From Myxococcota bacterium (lineage in GTDB: Bacteria > Myxococcota_A > Bradymonadia > UBA7976 > UBA1532), in contig JAYZEG010000058.1 of NCBI GenBank assembly GCA_036337435.1, positions 1-64,000 on the forward strand: 64,000 bases of DNA. The letters are read 5' to 3'. The notes below the pieces were generated by a model. That model saw nothing but the letters and a program-made list of their open reading frames with translations, did not search any database and had not been told where the DNA came from. The first letter of the stretch is position 1; each line of letters begins with the position of its first letter. The position numbers and the translations under genes are program-made. Shown here piece after piece: positions 21,111 to 31,200 of this stretch.

Positions 21111-21167
21111 TCATACGCCTTTTGTCCAGGACATCACAAGGATAACTGAGTTTGTTGCCCCTGCGCA

Positions 21168-22541
21168 CTACTTACGTGGTTCTTCACTCATAAAATGGCC
21201 GTAGAGGGGCGATGCATAAGGGCGCTGGAAAGTCGCGGCGCCAAAAGCATTGATGAGCACACCAGCCAACAACAACGCCTTGAAAGTCCTGGTAATACCG
21301 GTCTTACTCACCACGAGAATCAGAATCAAATACGGGAGAATATCGAGGATAAAACGATATCCGAATTGTTCCCACCCTGTGTTCTGATACAAGAACAAGG
21401 GGATCGAAATCACCAAGACCGGGAGCCAAAGACCCCACTTCAACCACCCCACGGGCCTAGCAAAGAAAAGATAGATGAAGACCGGGGTCGTCAAAAATAT
21501 GCTCATGCCGTGCTTACTGAGCTGAATAAAAGGATACGTATCAGAAAGTCTCGGCAATAAGGTGAATGCCGCCGTCAAGTTTCGGTTGATGAAGTGCGGA
21601 TGAAACAATCCAAAATCTCGAATCCGGGCGATGTGACCGCCAGCGAGATAGGTATGACCAAATTCGAGTGGATCTTGAAACCGAACGTAATTGTAAAAAA
21701 GTAAGGTCAAGCCGACGATCAAGCACGGTGCTGTGAACGCAAGAAATTTGAGACGCGTCTCGCGGGCATCAAACCGCCCCCTCTGCCCTACGAACAGCTG
21801 CCAATAGAAAAACACAGCAGCAAAAACTAGGCTGGCGCGCGTTGCAAAGGCGAAAGACAGAAATAATCCGGCAATAAAAGGCCTGCGACAATCGAAGGCG
21901 AACAACAGATACAGCGTATGGAAAGCAAGACCGACGACAAGGGCAGTAAACCACACTTGACCCAAAACGGAGCACCAGAGAACCGCAGTGCTAAAACCAA
22001 ACAAGCCAACAAACCAAAATAGGTCTGAATCAGGTCTATCAATGTACCCAAGATCTCTAATCTTAACCAAAAGGAGCAGCATGAAAACCAGGTTGAGTCC
22101 GGCAACGATGACTGTGAAAACGACGTCATTGGTTCCGTATCCGACCGCCGCCACCCACGGCATCATCAGGACAGCTGGTCCAGGGGGAAATGAGACGTAG
22201 TGCCGCGTCGTCTGCGTGCCCCTATCAGATTTCGGTATTTCGATCAGAGCCTTGTCAAGGGTTCGAAATTGATTAGGCTTGCCTTTTCGTCGAGTAAAGA
22301 AGCCGTTGACAGGGGAACCGTACTTCTCTGCCGAAGCTCCTTTAAGTTCCAATTGGATAAAGCTGGCCCAATCGTTCCCGTGATGTGGCCGACGCTTGAG
22401 TTCGGTCTGACCACTGAGAAAAGCGTCCGCGAGATACACAAAGTGATTGTCCTGGGAATGGATTTTGAGACGGTCAGCCGCAAAAGCTGCGTAGATCAGA
22501 CCGCCAAACAAAAAGACCAAGCCCAAACGCTGGATGGACAC
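21168..22541 (-). CDS. Polytopic membrane protein, possible GT-C fold glycosyltransferase
   Basis: About 10 TM helices, a large first extracytoplasmic loop, FPPGPA and QFGYRF motifs. Confidence 0.55.
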   Translation of the reverse strand: MSIQRLGLVFLFGGLIYAAFAADRLKIHSQDNHFVYLADAFLSGQTELKRRPHHGNDWASFIQLELKGASAEKYGSPVNGFFTRRKGKPNQFRTLDKALIEIPKSDRGTQTTRHYVSFPPGPAVLMMPWVAAVGYGTNDVVFTVIVAGLNLVFMLLLLVKIRDLGYIDRPDSDLFWFVGLFGFSTAVLWCSVLGQVWFTALVVGLAFHTLYLLFAFDCRRPFIAGLFLSFAFATRASLVFAAVFFYWQLFVGQRGRFDARETRLKFLAFTAPCLIVGLTLLFYNYVRFQDPLEFGHTYLAGGHIARIRDFGLFHPHFINRNLTAAFTLLPRLSDTYPFIQLSKHGMSIFLTTPVFIYLFFARPVGWLKWGLWLPVLVISIPLFLYQNTGWEQFGYRFILDILPYLILILVVSKTGITRTFKALLLAGVLINAFGAATFQRPYASPLYGHFMSEEPRK

Positions 22542-22686
22542 AGTTAAACTCCATCACAACGGCCCCGTCTCGGAGCGTTGCATATAAAAATATTTCAACC
22601 GAAGACATGCTTCTACCGATATTTTTGCAACAAGGGAAGCACCGGGACGAACAAAGACTTGGTACAGGATTGGAAAGTGACACGAT

Positions 22687-24855
22687 TTGACATCGATCGA
22701 TCGCAGTTGGTTCGGCGCAGCCTGCGGCCTGATCGTCGGCCAGGGCTGGGTCTTTGCAGACGGCTGGTATGGAACCATAGTCCTCTTGCTCTTGGCCGTC
22801 TCTGGGTTCTATGTGTGCAAAAACTGCCCGATGGGACTCGGCCTTTTGATGACCTGTATGGCACTACCACAGTCGGAGACTCTAAAGCCCAACAAGACTG
22901 ATGCTGAATTGAAGATTAAGACGCTCTGCACTGTCATTGACACAAAATACAAAGGCGCACGAAGCGAGAGCTCACTCGGCTGTGATTCCATCCAAGGTCG
23001 AGTCCAAATCCGACAGCAGCGATACGCTCGCCGATACCACCCCGGTCAGGTAATTCGGCTCGATGGGACACTCGCCCCCCAACAATCAGCTCATAATCCC
23101 GGCGAGTATGATCCGAAAGAAATCGGTTTTTATACAGGGCTAATGTGGACGTTTAAAGGCCGCGTGAGCCCTGTGGATGGTCGAGATAATATCCGCTTTG
23201 AAACCCACTTAAAGCTTTGGGCTAGAAACACCTTGGATGAGGGAAAGCGTGGATATGGCCGAGTGGCTCTGAAAGGCATACTTTTGGGCGAACGCCAAGC
23301 GGTTCCGAAAAATGACATTCAATCATTCAGAGCGACAGGAACCGGACATCTTCTGGCTGTAAGCGGTCTTCATATTGGTGCCCTATGTTGGAGTGTCTGG
23401 TGGCTCTTTAATCTCATGGGCATCAAACTCAGGTTGATTTATCCGGGTCGAGTGGCAACATTTGCCGCCCTCATAGCCATCTGGACGCTTGTCTTTCTCG
23501 CACAGAATCCCCTCAGTGCAAAGCGAGCTGCGCTGATGTTAAGCCTGGCTTTATTTGCGCGAGCAATCGGTTGGCGAACAAACGTGCTGAGGCTGATTTC
23601 AATCGCACTCGTCTGGGTGATCGCCGAATCACCGGTCAACCTCACCAATATCGGGTTCCAATATTCGTTCCTAACGGTCGTGTCACTGTCGTTAATCTCG
23701 AAAAATAAATCTAGAGCCGTGTCCGCGTTGACTATTTCAACCGCTGCGTCGGTGGCAGCCTGGGTGGTTGAGTGTTGGCATTTCGGTACCCTCACTTTGA
23801 GCGCGCCTATCTGTAACCTCATCCTTGTTCCAGTGGCCAGTTTGGCTATCGTACCACTCGGCCTTATCGGATTAATTCTCTCTCCGATATCGCAGCTGCC
23901 CCTCGACTGCGTTGCCTCGTTGACAGAACTATTCCTCGGGCTGGCAGGTGCTCTCGCAGACTTGTTTGGATATCCCATCATTGTGGGTCGGCATTGGAGT
24001 CCAATGCTCTTGGCAATCTTGATGCTCTACCTCGTGAGGTTAAACTGGGTGTCTAAACTTCTTTTGATCTCGGTCATGGTGTTCGCGACCATCAACGAAA
24101 ATCCGGAGGAAAGCTATGTCGATTTCGTTTACGTAGGCCAAGGAGATGCAACACTCCTGGTTTCTGATGGGTCTGCTGCATTGGTTGATACTGGGGGGCC
24201 ATATGACGTCAGACGGCTCTTGGGACACCTCTCCCGACAGGGGATTCGAAAGCTAGAGTGGGTTTTGATTACCCATCACCATCCCGACCATTACGGAGGC
24301 CTCGGAGAGCTCATCAAAATGGTCCAGGTCGGGCATGTTTTCCATGTCCCTCCCCTTGAGAAGACGTCACATTGGGTGACGATGGTATCGGCCATGAGTG
24401 GGCAGTCCTTTCGACATCCAGAACCTGTCGAAAGATTGGGACGATTCACCATCCATAATCTATTGCCGACCGAAAATAGCAATGCATCCGAGAATGACCG
24501 CTCTATTGCCTTACGCGTTACGCTAGCAAGTTCGAGCTTAATGCTTACGGGCGATTTAGAGTCTTTTGGCGAACGTCGGCTTGTCGCCATGGGCGTTCCG
24601 CCGTCTGAGGCACTCCAACTGGGTCATCATGGAAGCCGAACGAGTTCTACTCAGTCATTTCTACAGGCTGTTTCCCCACAACTGGCCATCGCAAGTTGTG
24701 GAGTCAATAATCGCTACGGTTTTCCCCATCCTGATGTGGTCGCACGACTCAAATCAAATGGGATTAAGCTCCTGACGACAGCCATCAACGGATGGATCAG
24801 ACTTATCCCTGCCCCCTCAGGGTGGCTAACCGTCTCGATGCGGTCATCGAACTAA
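22687..24855 (+). CDS. comEC: DNA uptake channel ComEC/Rec2
   Basis: GTGHLLAVSGLHIG competence domain and metallo-beta-lactamase motifs VGQGDA, THHHPDHYGG, LTGD, HHGS, NRYGFPH. Confidence 0.92.
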   Translation: MTSIDRSWFGAACGLIVGQGWVFADGWYGTIVLLLLAVSGFYVCKNCPMGLGLLMTCMALPQSETLKPNKTDAELKIKTLCTVIDTKYKGARSESSLGCDSIQGRVQIRQQRYARRYHPGQVIRLDGTLAPQQSAHNPGEYDPKEIGFYTGLMWTFKGRVSPVDGRDNIRFETHLKLWARNTLDEGKRGYGRVALKGILLGERQAVPKNDIQSFRATGTGHLLAVSGLHIGALCWSVWWLFNLMGIKLRLIYPGRVATFAALIAIWTLVFLAQNPLSAKRAALMLSLALFARAIGWRTNVLRLISIALVWVIAESPVNLTNIGFQYSFLTVVSLSLISKNKSRAVSALTISTAASVAAWVVECWHFGTLTLSAPICNLILVPVASLAIVPLGLIGLILSPISQLPLDCVASLTELFLGLAGALADLFGYPIIVGRHWSPMLLAILMLYLVRLNWVSKLLLISVMVFATINENPEESYVDFVYVGQGDATLLVSDGSAALVDTGGPYDVRRLLGHLSRQGIRKLEWVLITHHHPDHYGGLGELIKMVQVGHVFHVPPLEKTSHWVTMVSAMSGQSFRHPEPVERLGRFTIHNLLPTENSNASENDRSIALRVTLASSSLMLTGDLESFGERRLVAMGVPPSEALQLGHHGSRTSSTQSFLQAVSPQLAIASCGVNNRYGFPHPDVVARLKSNGIKLLTTAINGWIRLIPAPSGWLTVSMRSSN

Positions 24856-25244
24856 GGAGGAGAGGGCGCATTCAGGCTTGAGGGTGGATCCACAAAGAAT
24901 TGAGGTTCAAATACGACCTGCTGATTCATAAACCAGCATGCAGCCATGACAACAACCGCCAAGATCACAAAAACGTCTATTCCGAGACCCACTCCGATGG
25001 GCGGAGGAACGTATGAATAGTACCGACCCCCAGTCCGACGGCGAACCCGAGTTTGAACTCGACGTTCAAAATGAACCGGGACTGGCCTCTTTTCTAAACT
25101 CTTAAGCAAAAGCTGAGCATGGCGAGCTTCAAGCAGAGATTGATTTGTCCCCGAATCCATACCCTGGTCGACGAACTCTCCATATTGACCTGAATCCAAC
25201 GCATCTGTCAGTGCCGCATCTGCATCATCTTTTGGATCCATCAT
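24852..25244 (-). CDS. Putative membrane-anchored anti-sigma factor
   Basis: Overlaps the ECF sigma stop codon; has P..FERRV..RV and a single TM helix. Confidence 0.55.
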   Translation of the reverse strand: MMDPKDDADAALTDALDSGQYGEFVDQGMDSGTNQSLLEARHAQLLLKSLEKRPVPVHFERRVQTRVRRRTGGRYYSYVPPPIGVGLGIDVFVILAVVVMAACWFMNQQVVFEPQFFVDPPSSLNAPSPP

Positions 25245-25894
25245 ACAGTTCCATTCGACTGAGCCTTCTTATATGCACGAACCAACGCGGTTCTCGCCCT
25301 GTGCAATCTAGACTTTACAGTCCCTTCAGGTAGTCCAGTTATTCTCATTATATCAATATAGCTCAAACCTTCTATATCTCTGAGGATCAGTAATTTTCGA
25401 AAGTCTTCATCAACCGACATCAGAGCCGCTTGAATCAATTTTTCCGTCTGAACCGCTTCAAGCTTCTGATCTGGAGGGGGCACTGCCTCGCTCGAAATTT
25501 GTCCGCATCCATTCCTCAGATTTTTCTCGGCGACAAAATCGATACTCGAATGAAGTTTCGATGACCTTCGAGCGTAGTATTTGAGCCTATTTTTGCAAAG
25601 ATTTACTGCGATTCGATAAAGCCAGGTTGATAGGCGCGCTTCTTCACGAAACGACCCAATTGACAAAAATGCTCTGACAAACACATCTTGTGCAATATCT
25701 TCGGCCTCTTGAGTGTTGGAGAGCATGCGTAAGCAAACATTGTAAACAAGACTCTTATGTCTTTTAACCAGCTGTTTGAACGCTGCTTCATCGCGGCGTT
25801 TCAACCGGCGAACCAGTGGTTTCTCATCGGTTTTGGTCCCAGCGCGTGAAGAGCTGGCACCTCGAATCGCATTCAGGTAAGTTGTATTCCCCAT
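25241..25894 (-). CDS. ECF RNA polymerase sigma factor (RpoE/SigW-like)
   Basis: AEDIAQDVF, STWLYRIAVNLC, LSYIDI...GTVKSRLHRAR. Confidence 0.93.
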   Translation of the reverse strand: MGNTTYLNAIRGASSSRAGTKTDEKPLVRRLKRRDEAAFKQLVKRHKSLVYNVCLRMLSNTQEAEDIAQDVFVRAFLSIGSFREEARLSTWLYRIAVNLCKNRLKYYARRSSKLHSSIDFVAEKNLRNGCGQISSEAVPPPDQKLEAVQTEKLIQAALMSVDEDFRKLLILRDIEGLSYIDIMRITGLPEGTVKSRLHRARTALVRAYKKAQSNGTV

Positions 25895-26003
25895 GGTAAC
25901 GCCTAATCTTTTAAACAATCTTGGTAATTCAGAACGACAACATTCTTTGTCTACGAACGTCGTTTCATTTCGGTCTGAACTTTTTTATTTTTTTCCAAGA
26001 TTG

Positions 26004-28220
26004 ATGATGGTTTTCATCTCTCTGAGCTGGGTACCGATGAGCCCGAGCGTTGCTTTTGGTAAGCCATCGGAGAGCGTAAAGCTTGGCTACGATGACGCCA
26101 AGATAAGAGAATTAGTGGTCCGTCGGAAATATGACAAAGCCGCTCGACTGATCTCTGAGAAAACAGATGGGGCACTCCTCGTCAAAGGACATCTCCTTCT
26201 CCTTGCAGGAAAGCCCCGTGACGCCCTGATTATTTTTGGTTCGGTGAAAACACCGCCGCCTGGACTTCACGATTTTTATCATGTCAGAAACGCTGAAGCG
26301 CAGCTCAAGATTGACCAACCGAGCAAAGCGATTGAGCATCTTGAAAAGCTGGTTAAACCAAAGCTTATGGGCTCCAAATTTTTTCTCTTACACGCGCGTG
26401 CAAACCGTCTTTTGAAGAAAAATAAGGCCGCTCGGCAAACGTTTCTGAAAGTTCTGGGTTCAGGCCGTTCGACCGATAAGGCACAAGCACTTTTTGGATT
26501 AGCCAAACTTGAATTGGACGAAAAGAACCATGCTCAGGCGTTTAAATATTTGAAGCGGCTTGATATTGAATTCCCATCCCATTGGCTTCGGCGCAGAGCG
26601 ACCCCTCTTATCAAAAGTCTCAAAGCAACCCAAAAAACCTATCGGAAACGTTGGGGTAAATGGCACCCCAAAGATATCATTACCAGCGCAGAAAAACTGC
26701 TCAAGGCTCATCGCAATAAAGCCGTCGTGAAGGCATTGGAAAAACTGCCCAAACGGCTTACCGATGCGAGATTGAATTGTCGAAAATTGTTCGCGCTTGG
26801 CAAAGCGCTCAGAAAACTGCGGAAATGGAAACGAGCAAGACCCATCTTGGACGAAGCGGTCACGGAGTGTGGACGAATCAATCACGAGCTCGCACCGTGG
26901 GCCTTACATATCGCAGGAAAGGCCGCTGAGCGACTGAGCGATGAGGTCGTGGCAGCAAACATCTACCGAAAGCAAATGAAGGACCATGCCACTCATCGAC
27001 TTGCTGATGATGGTGCCTATTTTGTGACCCGGCACTTAGTCGAAGATCAAAAGGACCTAGACAAAGCAGAAGCGGAACTCAAACAATTTGTGAATCAGTT
27101 TCCAGACGGGGACATGATGGACAGAGCAATCTTTTTTGTTGCCATCCATGCTTTTAACGACGCTCGCTATGAACAAGCACTCAGGGTACTCGAGTTGGAA
27201 GGTAAGCTGGGTAAGCAAACACATAATTTCAGGAATATGGGTCGAACAGAGTATTGGAAGGCTCGTATTTTGGGCAAACTGAAGCGTCCAGACGACGCCC
27301 AAAATCAGTATTTAAGTGCCATGAAAAAATACCCCCTAAGCTGGTATTCGGTCCTCGCCTACAGTCGCTTGAAGGAACTGAATCCGAAAGTTGCGGCTCA
27401 AGAGGCGAAAAACCTCTACACCACGCCCACGACAATTCCGTTCATGGCTGAAACTGAAACCAGTGGCGTTCGATGGTCTCAGGCAATGGCACTCGCAAAG
27501 CACGGATTGCCGCGAGCGGCTTGGGAAAAAATGAAAGGAATTAAGGGAAAGACACCAGCACAAACGTGGCGGATGGCTCAACTTCTTCATGAGGCAGGAG
27601 CGGTCCACATTAGCCACAACATCCTTCGTAGAAAACTGACCGGATACCGTAGAGTTGCTCCCATCGGACGCGCTCGAGATGCCTGGATGGTTGCTTTTCC
27701 TAAACCACTCCAGGGCTTGATGTCGACGGCCGCCAAGAATGCTGATGTACCTGTTCATTTAGCGCGTTCAATCACACGGGAGGAAAGTGGCTTTCATCCC
27801 GCACTTGAGTCGGGGGCAAATGCCATCGGACTGATGCAACTGATCTTACCGACTGCGAAGTCGATGGCCGATAGCAAGGATGGAAAAATCAATGGTAGAA
27901 CCCTCCGAAATCCCGACCTAAATGTGAGGCTTGGTACACGATACCTGCGGGTCGTTTACGATCGAAGCAAAGCCGTACATCATCTCGTTCCGGCTGGATA
28001 CAACGCGGGTGCAGGTGCCCTGAGACGCTGGCTTAAGAAACGTGGAAATATTCCATTGGATCTATTCGTTGAACTGATTCCGTATGAGGAAGCGAGGGGC
28101 TATACAAAGCGCGTAAATTCAAGCTGGGCCACCTACGCCTTGCTTACCGGAAAATCCACTGAGCCAATGTACATCCCGCAAAATATCTATCAAAAGGGGC
28201 GTGAACCGTCGGCACCGTGA
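26004..28220 (+). CDS. Soluble lytic murein transglycosylase (Slt70-like) with TPR repeats
   Basis: REESGF, AIGLMQL, YNAG and ELIPYEEARGY motifs. Start codon uncertain. Confidence 0.9.
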   Translation: MMVFISLSWVPMSPSVAFGKPSESVKLGYDDAKIRELVVRRKYDKAARLISEKTDGALLVKGHLLLLAGKPRDALIIFGSVKTPPPGLHDFYHVRNAEAQLKIDQPSKAIEHLEKLVKPKLMGSKFFLLHARANRLLKKNKAARQTFLKVLGSGRSTDKAQALFGLAKLELDEKNHAQAFKYLKRLDIEFPSHWLRRRATPLIKSLKATQKTYRKRWGKWHPKDIITSAEKLLKAHRNKAVVKALEKLPKRLTDARLNCRKLFALGKALRKLRKWKRARPILDEAVTECGRINHELAPWALHIAGKAAERLSDEVVAANIYRKQMKDHATHRLADDGAYFVTRHLVEDQKDLDKAEAELKQFVNQFPDGDMMDRAIFFVAIHAFNDARYEQALRVLELEGKLGKQTHNFRNMGRTEYWKARILGKLKRPDDAQNQYLSAMKKYPLSWYSVLAYSRLKELNPKVAAQEAKNLYTTPTTIPFMAETETSGVRWSQAMALAKHGLPRAAWEKMKGIKGKTPAQTWRMAQLLHEAGAVHISHNILRRKLTGYRRVAPIGRARDAWMVAFPKPLQGLMSTAAKNADVPVHLARSITREESGFHPALESGANAIGLMQLILPTAKSMADSKDGKINGRTLRNPDLNVRLGTRYLRVVYDRSKAVHHLVPAGYNAGAGALRRWLKKRGNIPLDLFVELIPYEEARGYTKRVNSSWATYALLTGKSTEPMYIPQNIYQKGREPSAP

Positions 28221-28230
28221 ACCTGTTCAT

Positions 28231-31200
28231 TTAAAGCTCGACTGAGAAAACTTCAAGCCCAGACCGCGCAGGTTCAACATGATTTCGATAAACGAAATGC
28301 GAGATATATAAGCGGCTACCGAGGCGGGCTGTCGACACATAAAAACCATGAGACCCCGTGAAGCGGTCGCTATCCCCACGGAGTGATTGTCGACCGCCCC
28401 AACCCAGTCGGTCTCCATCGGGAGAGACGCGCGTCCGTCGGCGCATGAGCAGAGCTTGCATCGTGCTGTCCTGATAAACAATCAGTGGTTGCCCATCCCC
28501 ATCTAACTCAATGTTACAATCTTCTCCGACAACATGAACAGAATGACCTCGACCGCCGACATCCAGCCAGACGCCGTCATCGACCCATTCGCTTAAATTG
28601 AGTTCGGGCGACAAAAAACGGAGCGAGTCTGTCTGTCCATCCTGGAAACAGAGATAAGTTTGGCCGTCTTCATCAATGGTCAAATCAACGTTGGCACCCA
28701 TGTCACCGCGCAAGACATCGGACCCACTCTCCCAACCAGCTAGCACCCCTGGGTTCGAAAACCCGTCTTCATTTTGGACCGTCATGTAGAGTTGACCCAC
28801 ACTTCGATCGTACCAGGCAACCATAACCCCGCCATTGGGCATCCGAGCCTGTGTGGTGAACAAACCCGTCCCTTCCGGATAGGTGCCGAGGTCTAATTGG
28901 TTTGGGTCCAAGGGTCGATCATGTAGCACGTAGGGCTCACCCCAATCCGCACTCTGCATCGGTCGGGGAGATGTCGCTTGTACAAACCTAACTTGGCTGA
29001 CACCGTCTAAGTTAGACACTCGATAGGCAACGCCTGGTTTTCCATCATCATCGACCGAGATACTTGGCCACAACCCGGCATTCCCTAGAGAATCCAAGGT
29101 CGAAACCGTCCATTCAAAGGTGTCTTCATCTGGGACACCTAGGGCATATTTCAGAGCTTGATTTTCAGCATCGTAATAAACGACATGAAGAGCACCACCA
29201 GGTCCGGCGACCAGGGCCGTATACAGACCAACATCCGGTCCGTTTTCAACAACACCACCCCGAGGCCCGCTGGGATTTAATTGGGGTTCTACATCCGATG
29301 GCAGGCCATCGACCCAGTGCCATTTGATGGTGCCGTTGGGCCGATATTGTCCAACAACCAGATCGCCATAGGTATCAGCGTATGCAGAGACCCAAATTTT
29401 GTCGCCGACAGTTGTGATGGAACTATATCGACCAATGACACCAAGGGGAACAGCCGGTGTGGGTTCACAATAGCAATTCCAGGTTTCATCATCGCATGCA
29501 AGTGGATCACCTTCTGAGACAAATTCAACTCGGGCGATATCGCCGAGCGGACAGTCTAATTGAGCGCACTCATCTGGTAGGTCACGACAGCGATTATCGG
29601 AAATACAGCAATATTGGTCAGTGGTACATCCGTCGGCACAAAACGGCTGACAACGACACAAGCCTCGCTCATGGCAGACGGCATTTGCCGCATCCCCGCA
29701 GGACAACGTCGAGCAGTCGGCATCATCTGAGCAGCCAACGGGCTGACAAATCCCACTTTGGCAGAACTGGTTCTGGTTCTCACAGGCCTCGGATTCGGTG
29801 CACAATTCATCGACCATGCCGACGTCTTGATCCTGATCTCTTGATGCACCGGATGAGTCATCGCAACCGACCATGAATGCCGCACCGATGGCCAACCATA
29901 CCATCATTCTCCTTCTGTTAAGACGTCGTCTTGGCTTGCATAAACCGAGGAGAATTAGAGACATCCAGAAGGCATGCTTTTCGCCCCCGCTCTGGTCACA
30001 TTCACAGCCTCCTGTGGGGTTTCTATCGCCCGGAGCAGGTCTACCAATCAACCCATCACGGCGAGCTTCAACAACAAGCGTGGTGGTTAATCCAGCCTCA
30101 TCTGTGGCCCGGATCGTAACAATTTCGGAGTCATCTATGGACAAAACTGAGTCATTGATACGAACCCACAGGTCTGGGGCCAACGCATATTCAACCTGAA
30201 TATTCGCTCTTTCGCTAATGAGGTCACTTACATGGATGATGACCTCATCGTCGGCCCTTTGCGCACTCAAGGTTGGCGGGACGGTATCAATGACAAAGTC
30301 GTAAATTGATGGCGTCGGGTCCAGAGTTCGATAGTCGTCCGCCCGCCGCGCACGAACTTCAAGTGAGTGAGCCCCTTGTAACAGCAATGACGGATGACGC
30401 ACTGAGAACACAGACCCTGTTTGAAATGCAGACCATGTGCCTTCATCGATGCGCCATGAGTATTCGTGTATCGAGTCATCAACGCGACTGTCTATGGCCT
30501 CGACTTCGACGAGAAGCTCAATCTGCTTAAACGTGTCGAGTCCCGCCGCTCTAAATTGACTGGTTTCCAGATCACGAAACTCGACATGCTGAATTTCAGT
30601 CTCAACGGATGACAGGTTGGCCTGTTGTTCAGCCGCGGACCTTAATCGAGCAAAAATCGCTAAGATCGACCCTTCATCGATCGACGTAATCGCTCGGTCC
30701 TGCAAATCCAGGCTAAAACCCAACAAATCAGGGAGAGCTATAGGCGTGAGTAAGCCTGTTGCGAGATCGCCAACAAAAAGATTCAAGATGGTCGGCAGCA
30801 AGCTGGCGAGAAGTTCTGGATCATCTTGCATGATCCCACCATTAGTCGTCCTCAAATCCGTGAGCCCTGATGCGATGTCGCCGAGGATCGGAATGATTTC
30901 ATTATCAGGTGTAAAGTCGAGTCCAAGTGGCAGGTCAACGTTCGTATGAAGACTGAAGATTCGAACCCAACGATCATCCATGAACACATGGAAATCAATC
31001 CATAACTCCGGGATCACAATTCGAATAGCTGGGTCGATGAGTTGTCGATTGCCGTCGTCATCAATTTCGAACCGGTTCTCACCGAATATGGCTTGTGGAA
31101 CTTGTTGGGGAGCCATCGTGATGGCGATGGGTGCATTTGGATTACCAGCGAGGTCGGCAAGATTTGGTAGAACAATGCTCAAAATGCCTGCATTGAGTTG

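Noticed and set aside
22676..22692. CRP/CRP-S-like site before comEC
   Set aside because: AGTGA-CACGATT-TGACA has the wrong spacing and a poor match
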